A stretch of DNA of 64,000 bases, taken from contig OY969108.1 of assembly GCA_963697965.1 (NCBI GenBank), positions 1,055,997 to 1,119,996 of the forward strand, in the 5' to 3' direction. The position numbers were made by a program, and so were the translations under genes. Positions 27,349-35,909 of this stretch are shown here, one piece after another. Within the stretch, counting starts at the first letter, position 1. Each line of letters opens with the position of its first letter. The notes beneath the pieces were generated by a model. It was not told the origin of the DNA, made no database searches, and saw only the letters and a program-made list of their open reading frames with translations. The DNA comes from an uncultured delta proteobacterium. GTDB lineage: Bacteria; Desulfobacterota; Desulfobaccia; Desulfobaccales; 0-14-0-80-60-11.

Positions 27349-28113
27349 TTACTCGGCGCTCAACTTCCCGGCGATGGTCGCGGCCACCTCCAACAGTTCC
27401 GGGAGGGCCTCATAGGGGGGGATGCCCTTCAGGTCGGCTTCGATGATCTTGTCGTCAAAGGGAATGAAGCCCAGGAAAGGCAGGTCCGGCAGGTTTTTAC
27501 GCAAGAAGGCTTCGTCCGCCTCCCCGCGGATCTTGTTGCCTACCACCGCCACCCGCTGCAGTCCCAGGTCTCCGGCCAACTGCCGCACGTGCAAGGCCGT
27601 CTCGACGCTGCGGCGGCCCGGCTCCACCACCACGATGAGCCAGTCCACCCCCTTGGCGGTGGCCCGGCCCAGGTGCTCGATCCCCGCCTCCATGTCCATG
27701 ACCACCACTTCATCCCGGAGAAGCACCATGTGGGTAACCAGGGTGCGCAGCAGCACGCTCTCCGGGCAGATGCAGCCGCTGCCGCCCTTCTTCACCCCGC
27801 CCATGACGATGAGCTTGACCCCGTCCAGTTGCCGGGCATACTTCTCGGGGATGTCATCCACCTTGGGGTTTAGCTTGAAGAAGCCCCCCATCTTACCGGG
27901 CTGGGATTCGGTGCGCTCCGCTACCATCTCTTTCATCTGGCTCAGGGGCACGATGTTCTCCGGATCAGGGACCCCCAGGGCCAGGGCCAGATTGGCGTCC
28001 GGATCGGCGTCCACCGCCAGCACCTTTTTGCCCTGGTCCTGAAAATATTTGATGAGCAGGGCCGCCAGGGTGGTCTTGCCCACCCCGCCTTTGCCGCTGA
28101 TGGCAATTTTCAT
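27349..28113 (-). CDS. cooC: CooC/AcsF-type nickel-insertion P-loop ATPase (MinD/ParA fold)
   Basis: It has the deviant Walker A ISGKGGVGKTT and the CxC metal motif GSGCICPES. Confidence 0.8.
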   Translation of the reverse strand: MKIAISGKGGVGKTTLAALLIKYFQDQGKKVLAVDADPDANLALALGVPDPENIVPLSQMKEMVAERTESQPGKMGGFFKLNPKVDDIPEKYARQLDGVKLIVMGGVKKGGSGCICPESVLLRTLVTHMVLLRDEVVVMDMEAGIEHLGRATAKGVDWLIVVVEPGRRSVETALHVRQLAGDLGLQRVAVVGNKIRGEADEAFLRKNLPDLPFLGFIPFDDKIIEADLKGIPPYEALPELLEVAATIAGKLSAE

Positions 28114-28328
28114 GTATAATCTCTCCTGGCTAGTTATTCCCTTGGATCACAGTTATTTTACCACAGAGCCCCGGATAAGCGTTTTTCTATTCCGGTTTTT
28201 CTTTTTGGGTTTTTCGATTTTTGTATTTGGGCCCCTGGGCCAGTTTCTGAGAAGAACCAAAAACGGAAAATTAGAAACCGATCTGCCTCTCGGGGTGTCT
28301 GCGTTAAAGATTTTTTGCGGAGAATCTC

Positions 28329-28760
28329 ATGCAAAGCGAAATCGAACCCTTGACGCCGGAACAGGAAGCTCCCATACGCGCCCGCCTGGCTGCCAACCCT
28401 TTCATCCGCTTCGTGGGCATCCAGGTGCCGCAATTGGGTCGGGGCTACGCCCGCTTCCTCTTACCCTTCAAGCCGGAGCTGGCAAATGCCATTGGCCTGT
28501 TGCAGGGCGGCATGATCGCCGCTCTGGCGGACGAGGCGGTGGCTTACGCCCTTTACAGCCTGGTGGCGCCAGGCGAAACCATCAACACCGTGGAGATGAA
28601 GATCAATTTCCTGGCCGCGGTGAAGGAGGGCGAGGTGGAGGCGGTGGCCCGCATCACCAAGCGGGGGCGCACCATCTCCCTGGGGGAAGTGGAGGTGCGC
28701 CAGGGGGAGCGCCTGGTGGCCAAGGCCATGTGCACCTACATCCACCTGGCCAGGAAATAG
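28329..28760 (+). CDS. PaaI-family hotdog-fold thioesterase
   Basis: GLLQGGMIAALADEAVAYA and the overall length of about 140 aa fit the family. Confidence 0.8.
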   Translation: MQSEIEPLTPEQEAPIRARLAANPFIRFVGIQVPQLGRGYARFLLPFKPELANAIGLLQGGMIAALADEAVAYALYSLVAPGETINTVEMKINFLAAVKEGEVEAVARITKRGRTISLGEVEVRQGERLVAKAMCTYIHLARK

Positions 28761-28866
28761 GGGGCCAGGGCCGATTTCCTTTGCCCCCGGCTCCTTGCCC
28801 CACCCGCCTCAGTCGAGGCCATACGGCTCCGGCAATTCCTTCAGCAAATTTTTTTAGAGGAGTTTT

Positions 28867-29385
28867 CTAAGCCCCCTTCCGGCTCCAAGCCAGCAGACTT
28901 GCCAGCAGCCGGGAGCTGGATGCCATGGTGAGGTGGATGACGAGGTCCGTTTCCCGGCTCAGGAGCCGCCGGGTCTGGAAGTCGCCGCTGACCCGCAGCT
29001 CCAGGCGCTGGGGGCCGCGGCGCCGTGCCGTGAGCCGGGATGCTTCGCAAAAGATGAAGAGGTTTTGATCGGGAAGGTGGCAGGCGGCCAGGATTGGGGT
29101 CTCCAGCAGTTCGGCCACGGCCGGCGCCGCTTCCAGGCGCAGCTCGTGCCGTGGGGCGAACCCCTCGATCAAATCGGCCAGGGACACGGGCGGGGGCAGC
29201 AGGGCCTCCAGCCAGATACCCGCCTCCCCCCGGAGTTCCGGGGCCTCCAGAACCTCCAGACCCTCCACCCGCAGCACGCAGGCCCCACCATGTTCATCCC
29301 AAATTAGCCGGGCGGGCTCCCGGTTCTGCAGCCTAAGCTTTGCCGCCGGAAAATCCGCCAGCACCCGGGGACAGTCAAATTGCAC
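28867..29385 (-). CDS. hypothetical protein (172 aa)
   Basis: It starts at a GTG preceded by GGAGGAAGG. No domain was recognised and the composition is plausible. Confidence 0.5.
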   Translation of the reverse strand: MQFDCPRVLADFPAAKLRLQNREPARLIWDEHGGACVLRVEGLEVLEAPELRGEAGIWLEALLPPPVSLADLIEGFAPRHELRLEAAPAVAELLETPILAACHLPDQNLFIFCEASRLTARRRGPQRLELRVSGDFQTRRLLSRETDLVIHLTMASSSRLLASLLAWSRKGA

Positions 29386-29731
29386 CCTTCCTCCTCATTA
29401 TCCAGCGGCTCCCACCCACCGGGGAGGCTGCTTCCGGCCCTCGCACCTTTCTGAGGCCAGATGCGGGATCTATCTTACCTATCATCATACCACGCCAGGG
29501 CTCCCTGAGAATCTTGGGAGGTTAAAAAAATTTGGCTTGGGTGGCCGCGGCGTGCTTGCCAAGGATTTATCAGGGATTGCCACCTGGCAAACCCTGGGAA
29601 TTATTTCCGCTCAAAGTAACTCTGGTTCATAACTGCCCGGACTGCTTTGGCTTATCCTTGATTTATCTTCGGGCAAATCTTATATTAAATAATTGCAAAT
29701 TTTGGTTTAATTAAAATTGGAGTCACGTCAC

Positions 29732-30250
29732 ATGCCATATTCCCCCGTAGTTTTGGACCATTTCAAGAATCCCCGCAATGTCGGAGAAATCCTGGATGCC
29801 GACGGCATCGGCGAAGTCGGCAACCCGGTGTGCGGCGACATCATGAACGTCTATATCAAGGTGGTGGACAACCGCATCGAGGACGTTAAATTCAAGACCT
29901 TCGGCTGCGGCGCGGCCATCGCGGTTTCCAGCATGATCACCTCCATGGCCAAGGGCAAGACCCTGGAAGAGGCCATGAAGATCACCAACGCCGACGTGGC
30001 CGAGGCCCTGGGCGGCCTGCCGCCCAACAAGCTGCACTGCTCCAACCTGGGGGCCGACGCCCTGCACTCCGCCATCAAGAACTACCGGGACCGCTTGGCC
30101 GGCAAGCCGGCTACCGGCGAAGCCGACCGGGAGCCTCACCACAAGGGCACCGGCCAGTGCTACTGCCCCTACTGCGAGATGAAGGTGGACGATGAGGCCC
30201 ATTTCTGCATGTCCTGCGGGCAGGAGCTGCCCCATGAACACGATCATTAA
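29732..30250 (+). CDS. nifU: NifU/IscU-type Fe-S scaffold with C-terminal zinc-ribbon-like tail
   Basis: It has the scaffold Cys motifs GNPVCGD, FGCGAAIA and LHCS. An extra tail GQCYCPYCEMKVDDEAHFCMSCGQ (CxxC...CxxC) follows. Confidence 0.88.
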   Translation: MPYSPVVLDHFKNPRNVGEILDADGIGEVGNPVCGDIMNVYIKVVDNRIEDVKFKTFGCGAAIAVSSMITSMAKGKTLEEAMKITNADVAEALGGLPPNKLHCSNLGADALHSAIKNYRDRLAGKPATGEADREPHHKGTGQCYCPYCEMKVDDEAHFCMSCGQELPHEHDH

Positions 30251-30282
30251 CCGGCCGCGGGGAGAGGAGGTTTTCTAAAATC

Positions 30283-31455
30283 ATGTCCTTGACCTACCTG
30301 GACTATCTGTCCGCGGCGCCCCTCCATCCCCAGGTCAAAGAGGCGATGCTCCGGCACCTGGAGACCGTGTTCGGCAACCCTGCCACGGACAATCAGGTGG
30401 GGCAGCCGGCCGCCGCGGCGCTGGAAAAGGCCCGGGGACAGGTAGCGGCGCTGATCAACGCCGACCCCAAGGAAGTGGTCTTCACCTCCGGCGGCACCGA
30501 GGCCAACAACCATGCCATCAAGGGTGTGGCCATCGGCCTCCGGGAGAAGGGCCGCCACCTGATCACCTCCAATATCGAGCATAAATCCGTGCTCAATTCC
30601 TTGCGCACCCTGCGCCTCCTGGACTATCGGGTGACCTCCCTGGACGTGGACCGATACGGGCTGGTGGACCCGGCGGCGCTGGAAAAGGCCATCACCCCCG
30701 AGACCATCCTCATCAGCGTCATGTTGGGCAACAACGAGATCGGCACTGTCGAGCCCATCACCGAGATCGCCGGGATCGCCAAAAAGCACAAGGTGGCTTT
30801 GCACACCGACGCAGTGGCCGCGGTGGGCGCCATCCCGGTGGATGTCCAGGAACTGGGGGTCAACCTGCTAAGTCTGGCGGCCAACCCGTTTTACGGTCCC
30901 CCCGGGGTCGGGGCCCTCTTTATCCGCAAAGGCACCCCCATCTGGCCCTTGCTGGACGGCGGCCTTCAGGAGAACAAGCGCCGGGCCGGCGCTGAAAACC
31001 TGGTGGGCATCGTTGGCCTGGGCGCCGCCGCCGAACTGGCGGCCAGGGAAATGCCGGAGCGCCTGCCCCGGCTTAAAGCCTTGAAAGAGCGCCTGCGCCA
31101 GGGCCTAGCAGCCAGCATCCCGGAGGTCAAGATCAACGGTCATCCCGACCGCTGCCTACCCCACCTTTTGTCCGTTTCGGTGCCCTACGTCGAAGGTGAG
31201 AGCCTGATGATGCTGCTGGAAGAAGAGGGCATCATTGTCAATACCCGCTCCGCCTGCGCCTCGGGGTCGCTCCGGGCCTCCCACGTCCTTATCGGCACCG
31301 GCCTCGACTTCGCCCTGGCCCAGGGCACCCTGGTCTTCACCTTGGGCCGGGAGACCACCCCAGCCGACATCGAGCGGGTGCTGGAGGTTATGCCGGGCAT
31401 CGTTCAGACCCTGCGAGATATGTCGCCCCTCTACAAGAAAGAGCACACCGCCTAA
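30283..31455 (+). CDS. nifS: cysteine desulfurase (NifS/IscS class V aminotransferase)
   Basis: It has FTSGGTEANN, the PLP-Lys region and the active-site loop RSACASGS. Confidence 0.9.
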   Translation: MSLTYLDYLSAAPLHPQVKEAMLRHLETVFGNPATDNQVGQPAAAALEKARGQVAALINADPKEVVFTSGGTEANNHAIKGVAIGLREKGRHLITSNIEHKSVLNSLRTLRLLDYRVTSLDVDRYGLVDPAALEKAITPETILISVMLGNNEIGTVEPITEIAGIAKKHKVALHTDAVAAVGAIPVDVQELGVNLLSLAANPFYGPPGVGALFIRKGTPIWPLLDGGLQENKRRAGAENLVGIVGLGAAAELAAREMPERLPRLKALKERLRQGLAASIPEVKINGHPDRCLPHLLSVSVPYVEGESLMMLLEEEGIIVNTRSACASGSLRASHVLIGTGLDFALAQGTLVFTLGRETTPADIERVLEVMPGIVQTLRDMSPLYKKEHTA

Positions 31456-31464
31456 AAAAATTAA

Positions 31465-31499
31465 GGGGGAAAGCCACGGGCTGCCGGCCCCTTTCCCCC
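31465..31499. terminator. bidirectional hairpin terminator between convergent nifS and the alcohol dehydrogenase gene
   Basis: GGGGGAAAG...CTTTCCCCC has an inner GGGC/GCCC pairing. An A-run on the plus side gives TTAATTTTTTT after the hairpin on the minus strand. Confidence 0.6.
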
Positions 31500-31523
31500 T
31501 GCCCCAACCCGCCTGGTTGATGA

Positions 31524-32504
31524 TTACTTGAGCTCCAGCACCACCTTTAAGGATTCCTGGGCCGCGCTGACAATCTTGAATGCCTCCTGAATCCGTGCCA
31601 ACGGCAGCTTCTGGGTTATGGTGTCTTTGACATTGATCTTCTTATCGGCAATGAATTGCAACGCTTCCGCCAGATCGACCGGAGCGGCGCCGTAAGATGA
31701 GGTCACGGTATATTCATTTCTCCAAAAGTCCGGTATGGGAAGGGCAATATCCCGGTCCGGGATGGCAAAAAGGAGCATAATCCCCTTCTTATCGAGACAC
31801 TGGAAGGCTTGCTCCACCGCCCGGGGGGCTCCGGTACAGACGATCACCCTCTCCGCCTTAATGTTTAGATCCTGATCGGCGCGCCTCACCTCATGGGCCC
31901 CAAACTCTTTGGCCTTGCTCAGACGATACTCATTAACATCGGTGGCCACCACCCTGGCGCCGGTTAATCTGGCCAATTGAATATTCAGGATGCCGGAGAT
32001 ACCGCAGCCAAGAATCAGGACGGTGTGGCCTTCCCGGAGATCGAGCAGCTTCAGCCCTCGTATCCCGCAGGCCAACGGTTCGATCATGGTTCCTTCGGCA
32101 TAGGAAACCTGATCCGGCAAGACGTACACCCCGTAATCGACGTTAATCTTGGGCGCCCGGACAAATTCGCTGTAGCCGCCGGGATCATAATTGCCCCGGT
32201 GTAGGGTATCGCACGCCGTATGGTTGCCCGCCCGGCAGTATTTGCACTGGTTGCACGGCACGTGGTGGCTGACAAAGACCCTCTGGCCTTTCCGGTAGCG
32301 GCGGGATTTTGACTCGACGATCTCCCCGGCGATCTCATGGCCCAAAATCCGGGGACCCTTTTTAATCCGGTACCATTCCATGACATCGGTGCCGCAAATG
32401 CCGCTGGCGCGCACCTTTACCAAAATCTCCCCCGGCCCGATCTTGGGGATGGGGAGCTCCTCCAGACGGATATCGTTATTGTTGTAGTATCTGGCAACCA
32501 GCAT
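31524..32504 (-). CDS. zinc-dependent medium-chain dehydrogenase (threonine/sorbitol dehydrogenase-like)
   Basis: It has GICGTDV and GHEIAGE, the structural-zinc motif CNQCKYCRAGNHTAC, and the Rossmann motif ILGCGISG. Confidence 0.88.
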   Translation of the reverse strand: MLVARYYNNNDIRLEELPIPKIGPGEILVKVRASGICGTDVMEWYRIKKGPRILGHEIAGEIVESKSRRYRKGQRVFVSHHVPCNQCKYCRAGNHTACDTLHRGNYDPGGYSEFVRAPKINVDYGVYVLPDQVSYAEGTMIEPLACGIRGLKLLDLREGHTVLILGCGISGILNIQLARLTGARVVATDVNEYRLSKAKEFGAHEVRRADQDLNIKAERVIVCTGAPRAVEQAFQCLDKKGIMLLFAIPDRDIALPIPDFWRNEYTVTSSYGAAPVDLAEALQFIADKKINVKDTITQKLPLARIQEAFKIVSAAQESLKVVLELK

Positions 32505-32528
32505 ATGCGGTTCTGCTTGGCAGCTATT

Positions 32529-33335
32529 CTACGCCTTGACGGTGGCTCTCTTTTCTTTGCTCTGCTTTAAGATTTCGTGGGCTTGCTTGACGGAAGCCTT
32601 GTCATGAACAACGGCCCTTAAGGCCTTGGCCATCGCCACCGGATGAGGGCTCTGCCAGACGTTTCTGCCCAGGTTGATCCCCACCGCTCCCTTCTTGATG
32701 CCATCATGAACGAATTCCAGGACCTCCAGTTCCGTCTCACACTTAGGCCCACCGGCCATAATGACCGGAACCGGACAGCCGTAAACCACCTTATCAAAAT
32801 CTCTTTCACACCAATAAGTCTTAACCACCCTGGCGCCCAATTCCGCGGCCACGCGACAGCTTAGCGCCAGGTAACGCGCCTCCCTTTTCTCCAATTCCCG
32901 GCCCACGGCGGTAACCGCCATCACCGGGATGCCAAAATCCTCGCAGAGGTTGACCATGTCGGTGAGATTCTTCAGGGACTCTTTTTCATAATGACTGCCG
33001 ATAAAGACGGAGAGACCCACGGCCGCCACGTTCAAACGAATAATCTCCTCGATGGAGGTGGTGAGCTCCTCGTTGGCCAAATCCTCTCCCACCATGCTGG
33101 TGCATCCGGACACCCTTAGGACAATCGGTTTGCTGTTTAAAGGATCGATGGCCGCCCGCAAAGCGCCACGGGTGCAAAAGATGGCGTCCACATAAGGAAG
33201 CAGCGGTTTTACCGTCTCCCCCGGCCTCTCCAGACCCCTGGTCGGCCCTTGAAAATAGCCATGATCGATCGGCATAAAAAAACATTTGCCATTGGGCATA
33301 AGCTGGCCCAAGCGATTTTGCATTCCCCAATCCAT
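32529..33335 (-). CDS. class I aldolase, DhnA/FbaB/LsrF family
   Basis: ATG 33335 follows AAAGGAGAA. FFMPIDHGYFQGP and the Schiff-base Lys region VVKTYW fit the family. Confidence 0.8.
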   Translation of the reverse strand: MDWGMQNRLGQLMPNGKCFFMPIDHGYFQGPTRGLERPGETVKPLLPYVDAIFCTRGALRAAIDPLNSKPIVLRVSGCTSMVGEDLANEELTTSIEEIIRLNVAAVGLSVFIGSHYEKESLKNLTDMVNLCEDFGIPVMAVTAVGRELEKREARYLALSCRVAAELGARVVKTYWCERDFDKVVYGCPVPVIMAGGPKCETELEVLEFVHDGIKKGAVGINLGRNVWQSPHPVAMAKALRAVVHDKASVKQAHEILKQSKEKRATVKA

Positions 33336-33428
33336 CGGTAGTTCTCCTTTCCCTGGGGCTTCCCTTAAATTAAGCAGAGGTCCCACAGCTTGCAGGCTAA
33401 AGTGATTATCTTTACCGGACCGCCGCCT

Positions 33429-33749
33429 TCACTTGCGGCCCTTCGGCGGCTGCTGGCGGAGCCGCTCGATGGCTGCCTCCTCCAGTACCAGAAATTCCTC
33501 CCGGGGAAAGTCCATTCTGATGGCGCCGCTGCTCCTGGAGATGGAAATCATCAGGGGCGGTCCGGCATACATGGTCTCCCAGGTGACGTGCACCGTGTCG
33601 GTGGCCACCTCCAGGTGGATGCCCCGCCAGGCGCCGAAGATGGCGTCGAACTCCAGGTCGAAAAGCTCGTTCCAGGCCCGGCCCAGGTAATCGACCACCT
33701 CGGCTTCGGTCAGGCGCTGGTCCCAGTAATACAGCGAATAATCTTTCAT
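33429..33749 (-). CDS. hypothetical protein (106 aa)
   Basis: The composition is protein-like (W/Y/F/D/E balanced), unlike the overlapping shadow ORFs. No clear SD is present. Confidence 0.5.
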   Translation of the reverse strand: MKDYSLYYWDQRLTEAEVVDYLGRAWNELFDLEFDAIFGAWRGIHLEVATDTVHVTWETMYAGPPLMISISRSSGAIRMDFPREEFLVLEEAAIERLRQQPPKGRK

Positions 33750-33775
33750 GGGGTTGGAGGGGGTGCGAAAAGATA

Positions 33776-33800
33776 GGGGGCGCCGGCAAGCGGCGCCCCC
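33776..33800. repeat. REP-like / intra-operon hairpin GGGGGCGCCG-GCAAG-CGGCGCCCCC
   Basis: It has a perfect 10-bp GC stem preceded by ATAG. It lies between two minus-strand small genes. Confidence 0.55.
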
Positions 33801-33820
33801 GGTGTGAGGTCTATCTTATC

Positions 33821-34009
33821 CTACTTTTTCTTTTCGTGGAAGAATTTGCATTCCTTGGGAGCCGTCCAGGCTCCAGGCCGCGCTTCCTTAAAAATGCCAA
33901 GCAGGAAAGGATATTCGATGGCCCGGCAGTGACCATGGAGCATCTTGGAAATCTGCGGGTCATAGGTATATTTGAAATCCCGGCAATCTTCGCAAAGAAT
34001 CTTCGGCAT
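33821..34009 (-). CDS. small Cys/His-rich protein (62 aa)
   Basis: A GGAGGA SD lies 9 nt before ATG 34009. The protein reads MPKILCEDCRDFKY...HGHCRAIEY...PKECKFFHEKKK. Confidence 0.6.
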   Translation of the reverse strand: MPKILCEDCRDFKYTYDPQISKMLHGHCRAIEYPFLLGIFKEARPGAWTAPKECKFFHEKKK

Positions 34010-34047
34010 ATTGAGCATTCCTCCTGTGTTCCAAAGTTACCCGGCGG

Positions 34048-34461
34048 CTACCAGGATTTCCCATACTTCCGCTGGGCGCTGATGCGTTTCCAGCAACTGC
34101 CGTCCAGATCTTCCGGCTTGAGCTGGGTGCAGGCGACCAGCTTGCCGCGAGCCGATTGCGTCAGGTTCTTGGGCTTGCCCAGGAAGGTGACATTGGCGAA
34201 AGGCGGCGACGAGGTCTTGCCTTCCCCGGAAAGGGGCTTCAGGTCTGGGGTTTCCGCGTAACCTGGTAGGATGAAATCGGTGCCCCGACCCTTTTCCGGC
34301 TCCACCACCCGCTGGCCGTTTTCCCACTCGGCGTAGTAGAGGACGTCACAGCCGGCGCACTTGAAATTCCCGGAATATTCCCAATAACTATAGGGATCGA
34401 AGAAGTTACGCGCCTTGCACTTCGGGCAATCATAAAACAACGAGATTTTGAATTCAGTCAT
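34048..34461 (-). CDS. zinc-ribbon protein (137 aa)
   Basis: An AAGGGAGGAA SD is present. CPKCKARN...CAGCDV forms a Cys4 ribbon. The rest of the protein was not recognised. Confidence 0.65.
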   Translation of the reverse strand: MTEFKISLFYDCPKCKARNFFDPYSYWEYSGNFKCAGCDVLYYAEWENGQRVVEPEKGRGTDFILPGYAETPDLKPLSGEGKTSSPPFANVTFLGKPKNLTQSARGKLVACTQLKPEDLDGSCWKRISAQRKYGKSW

Positions 34462-34533
34462 ATCGAGTTATTCCTCCCTTGTCGAAAGAGGTTGGCTCCG
34501 GGAAGGCTGCCAAGAAATAAGCCTCCCTTACGG

Positions 34534-35892
34534 TTAGATGATTTCCTTGGCTTCACATTCCCGGATTTGCTCCAGGCTGAGGCCGCAAACCCGCTGGTAG
34601 ATCTCCTCGTTATCGGAGCCCACCGGCCGGTGCACGTGCTTCAACCGGGGTGGCGACTCGCTCATCTTGTACATGGTTTTCTGAGTGAAGACGTCGCCGT
34701 AATACGGGTCGTCGTACCAGCCCAAGGAGCCCCGTTCCAGGAAGTGGTCGCAGTTGGCAGCTTCCCGGATGGTGAGCAGCGGCTGGGAGATGATGCCGGC
34801 CTTGCTGAAGGCCTCGTGGGCTTTCTCCTTGGTCTTGTCTTTCAGGAACTCTTCGATGGCCGGGTAGATCTCTTCCTGGGCCCGGGCCTCGACGCGAGCA
34901 TCGTGGGTGGCGTATTTCTTGGCCAGGTCGGCCTTACCTATGAGGTTCATCAACTTGGCAAAGTCTTCGTCGGTGTATGCCTGGACGCAAATATAGCCCT
35001 CTTCCTTCTCCGCCGGGTGATTCGATCCGGGGTAGGAGGAATGGCCGCATTTGCAGATGCCGTTGACGCAGATCTCGGTATCCCAGTTGCCCCAGCGCAT
35101 GCGCACGATGCCGTGGCGGCCCCACAGGGGCAGGCCGTATTCGGTGTAGCGGGTGGAGCCTTGCACCTGGGAGCACTCGAAGTAGTTGCCCAGGTTGGAG
35201 ACCGTGTCCCGCCAGTAAAGGCCGGCCAGCGTCGCAGTGGAGACCAGCATGCCGATGGAGTAGTCCATGATCCAGGTGGTGTGCTTGCTGGGGAAGCCCG
35301 CCGCGGCGCCGGCCCGCTGGCCGGTAAAGGAAAAGACGCCGCCTTTGGCCTGGCCCAGGATGTCATAGGAGGCCCAGTTCCGGCCGGGGCCGAAGCCGCC
35401 AAAGCCGCCGCACCAGGCCAAAACGATCCGCGGGTTCACCTCTTTGCAGGCGCCGTAGCCGATCTTCCAGCGGTCGAAGGTCCCGGGCCGGTAGTTCCAG
35501 ACCATGAAATCCGACTTCTGCACCAGATTGTAGAAGATCTCCTTGGCCTCCGGTTTGCGGTAGTCCAGGGTGACGAAATATTCGTTATGGTTGGCGCCCT
35601 GGAAGGCCGGGGAGGTGCCGCGGCCCGGGTTCCACCGGGAAACCGGGTAGAACCAGGATTCGTTGTAAGGCGAGCAGTGGCGCATGGGCTCGCCCAGACG
35701 GGGCACCTCGATCTTGATGACCTCGGCCCCCAACTCGCCCAGGTAGGCGGCAGCCGCCGGCCCCAGGATATACTGGGTGCAGGACAGACCCCGATAACCT
35801 TTCAGGCACTCCGGTTTCTCAAAAATCGTCTCCTTATTGAAGATGGTCTTGCAATATTCTTCAAATGGCAGTTTATCCAGGTGTTCGGACAT
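34534..35892 (-). CDS. family III CoA-transferase (CaiB/BaiF/Frc fold), subunit 2
   Basis: It has the N-terminal Rossmann-like motif GPAAAAYLGELGAEVIKIEVPRLGEPMRH and a candidate catalytic Asp in WIMDYSIGML. Confidence 0.85.
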   Translation of the reverse strand: MSEHLDKLPFEEYCKTIFNKETIFEKPECLKGYRGLSCTQYILGPAAAAYLGELGAEVIKIEVPRLGEPMRHCSPYNESWFYPVSRWNPGRGTSPAFQGANHNEYFVTLDYRKPEAKEIFYNLVQKSDFMVWNYRPGTFDRWKIGYGACKEVNPRIVLAWCGGFGGFGPGRNWASYDILGQAKGGVFSFTGQRAGAAAGFPSKHTTWIMDYSIGMLVSTATLAGLYWRDTVSNLGNYFECSQVQGSTRYTEYGLPLWGRHGIVRMRWGNWDTEICVNGICKCGHSSYPGSNHPAEKEEGYICVQAYTDEDFAKLMNLIGKADLAKKYATHDARVEARAQEEIYPAIEEFLKDKTKEKAHEAFSKAGIISQPLLTIREAANCDHFLERGSLGWYDDPYYGDVFTQKTMYKMSESPPRLKHVHRPVGSDNEEIYQRVCGLSLEQIRECEAKEII

Positions 35893-35909
35893 ATTTCCAA
35901 CCCCCTCTA

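Noticed and set aside
29520-29560. Sigma-54 promoter upstream of nifU/nifS (TGGC...TTGC in tggccgcggcgtgcttgcc)
   Set aside because: The spacing between TGGC and TTGC is 10 nt instead of the required register (GG to GC 12 nt apart), so it does not fit a -24/-12 element.
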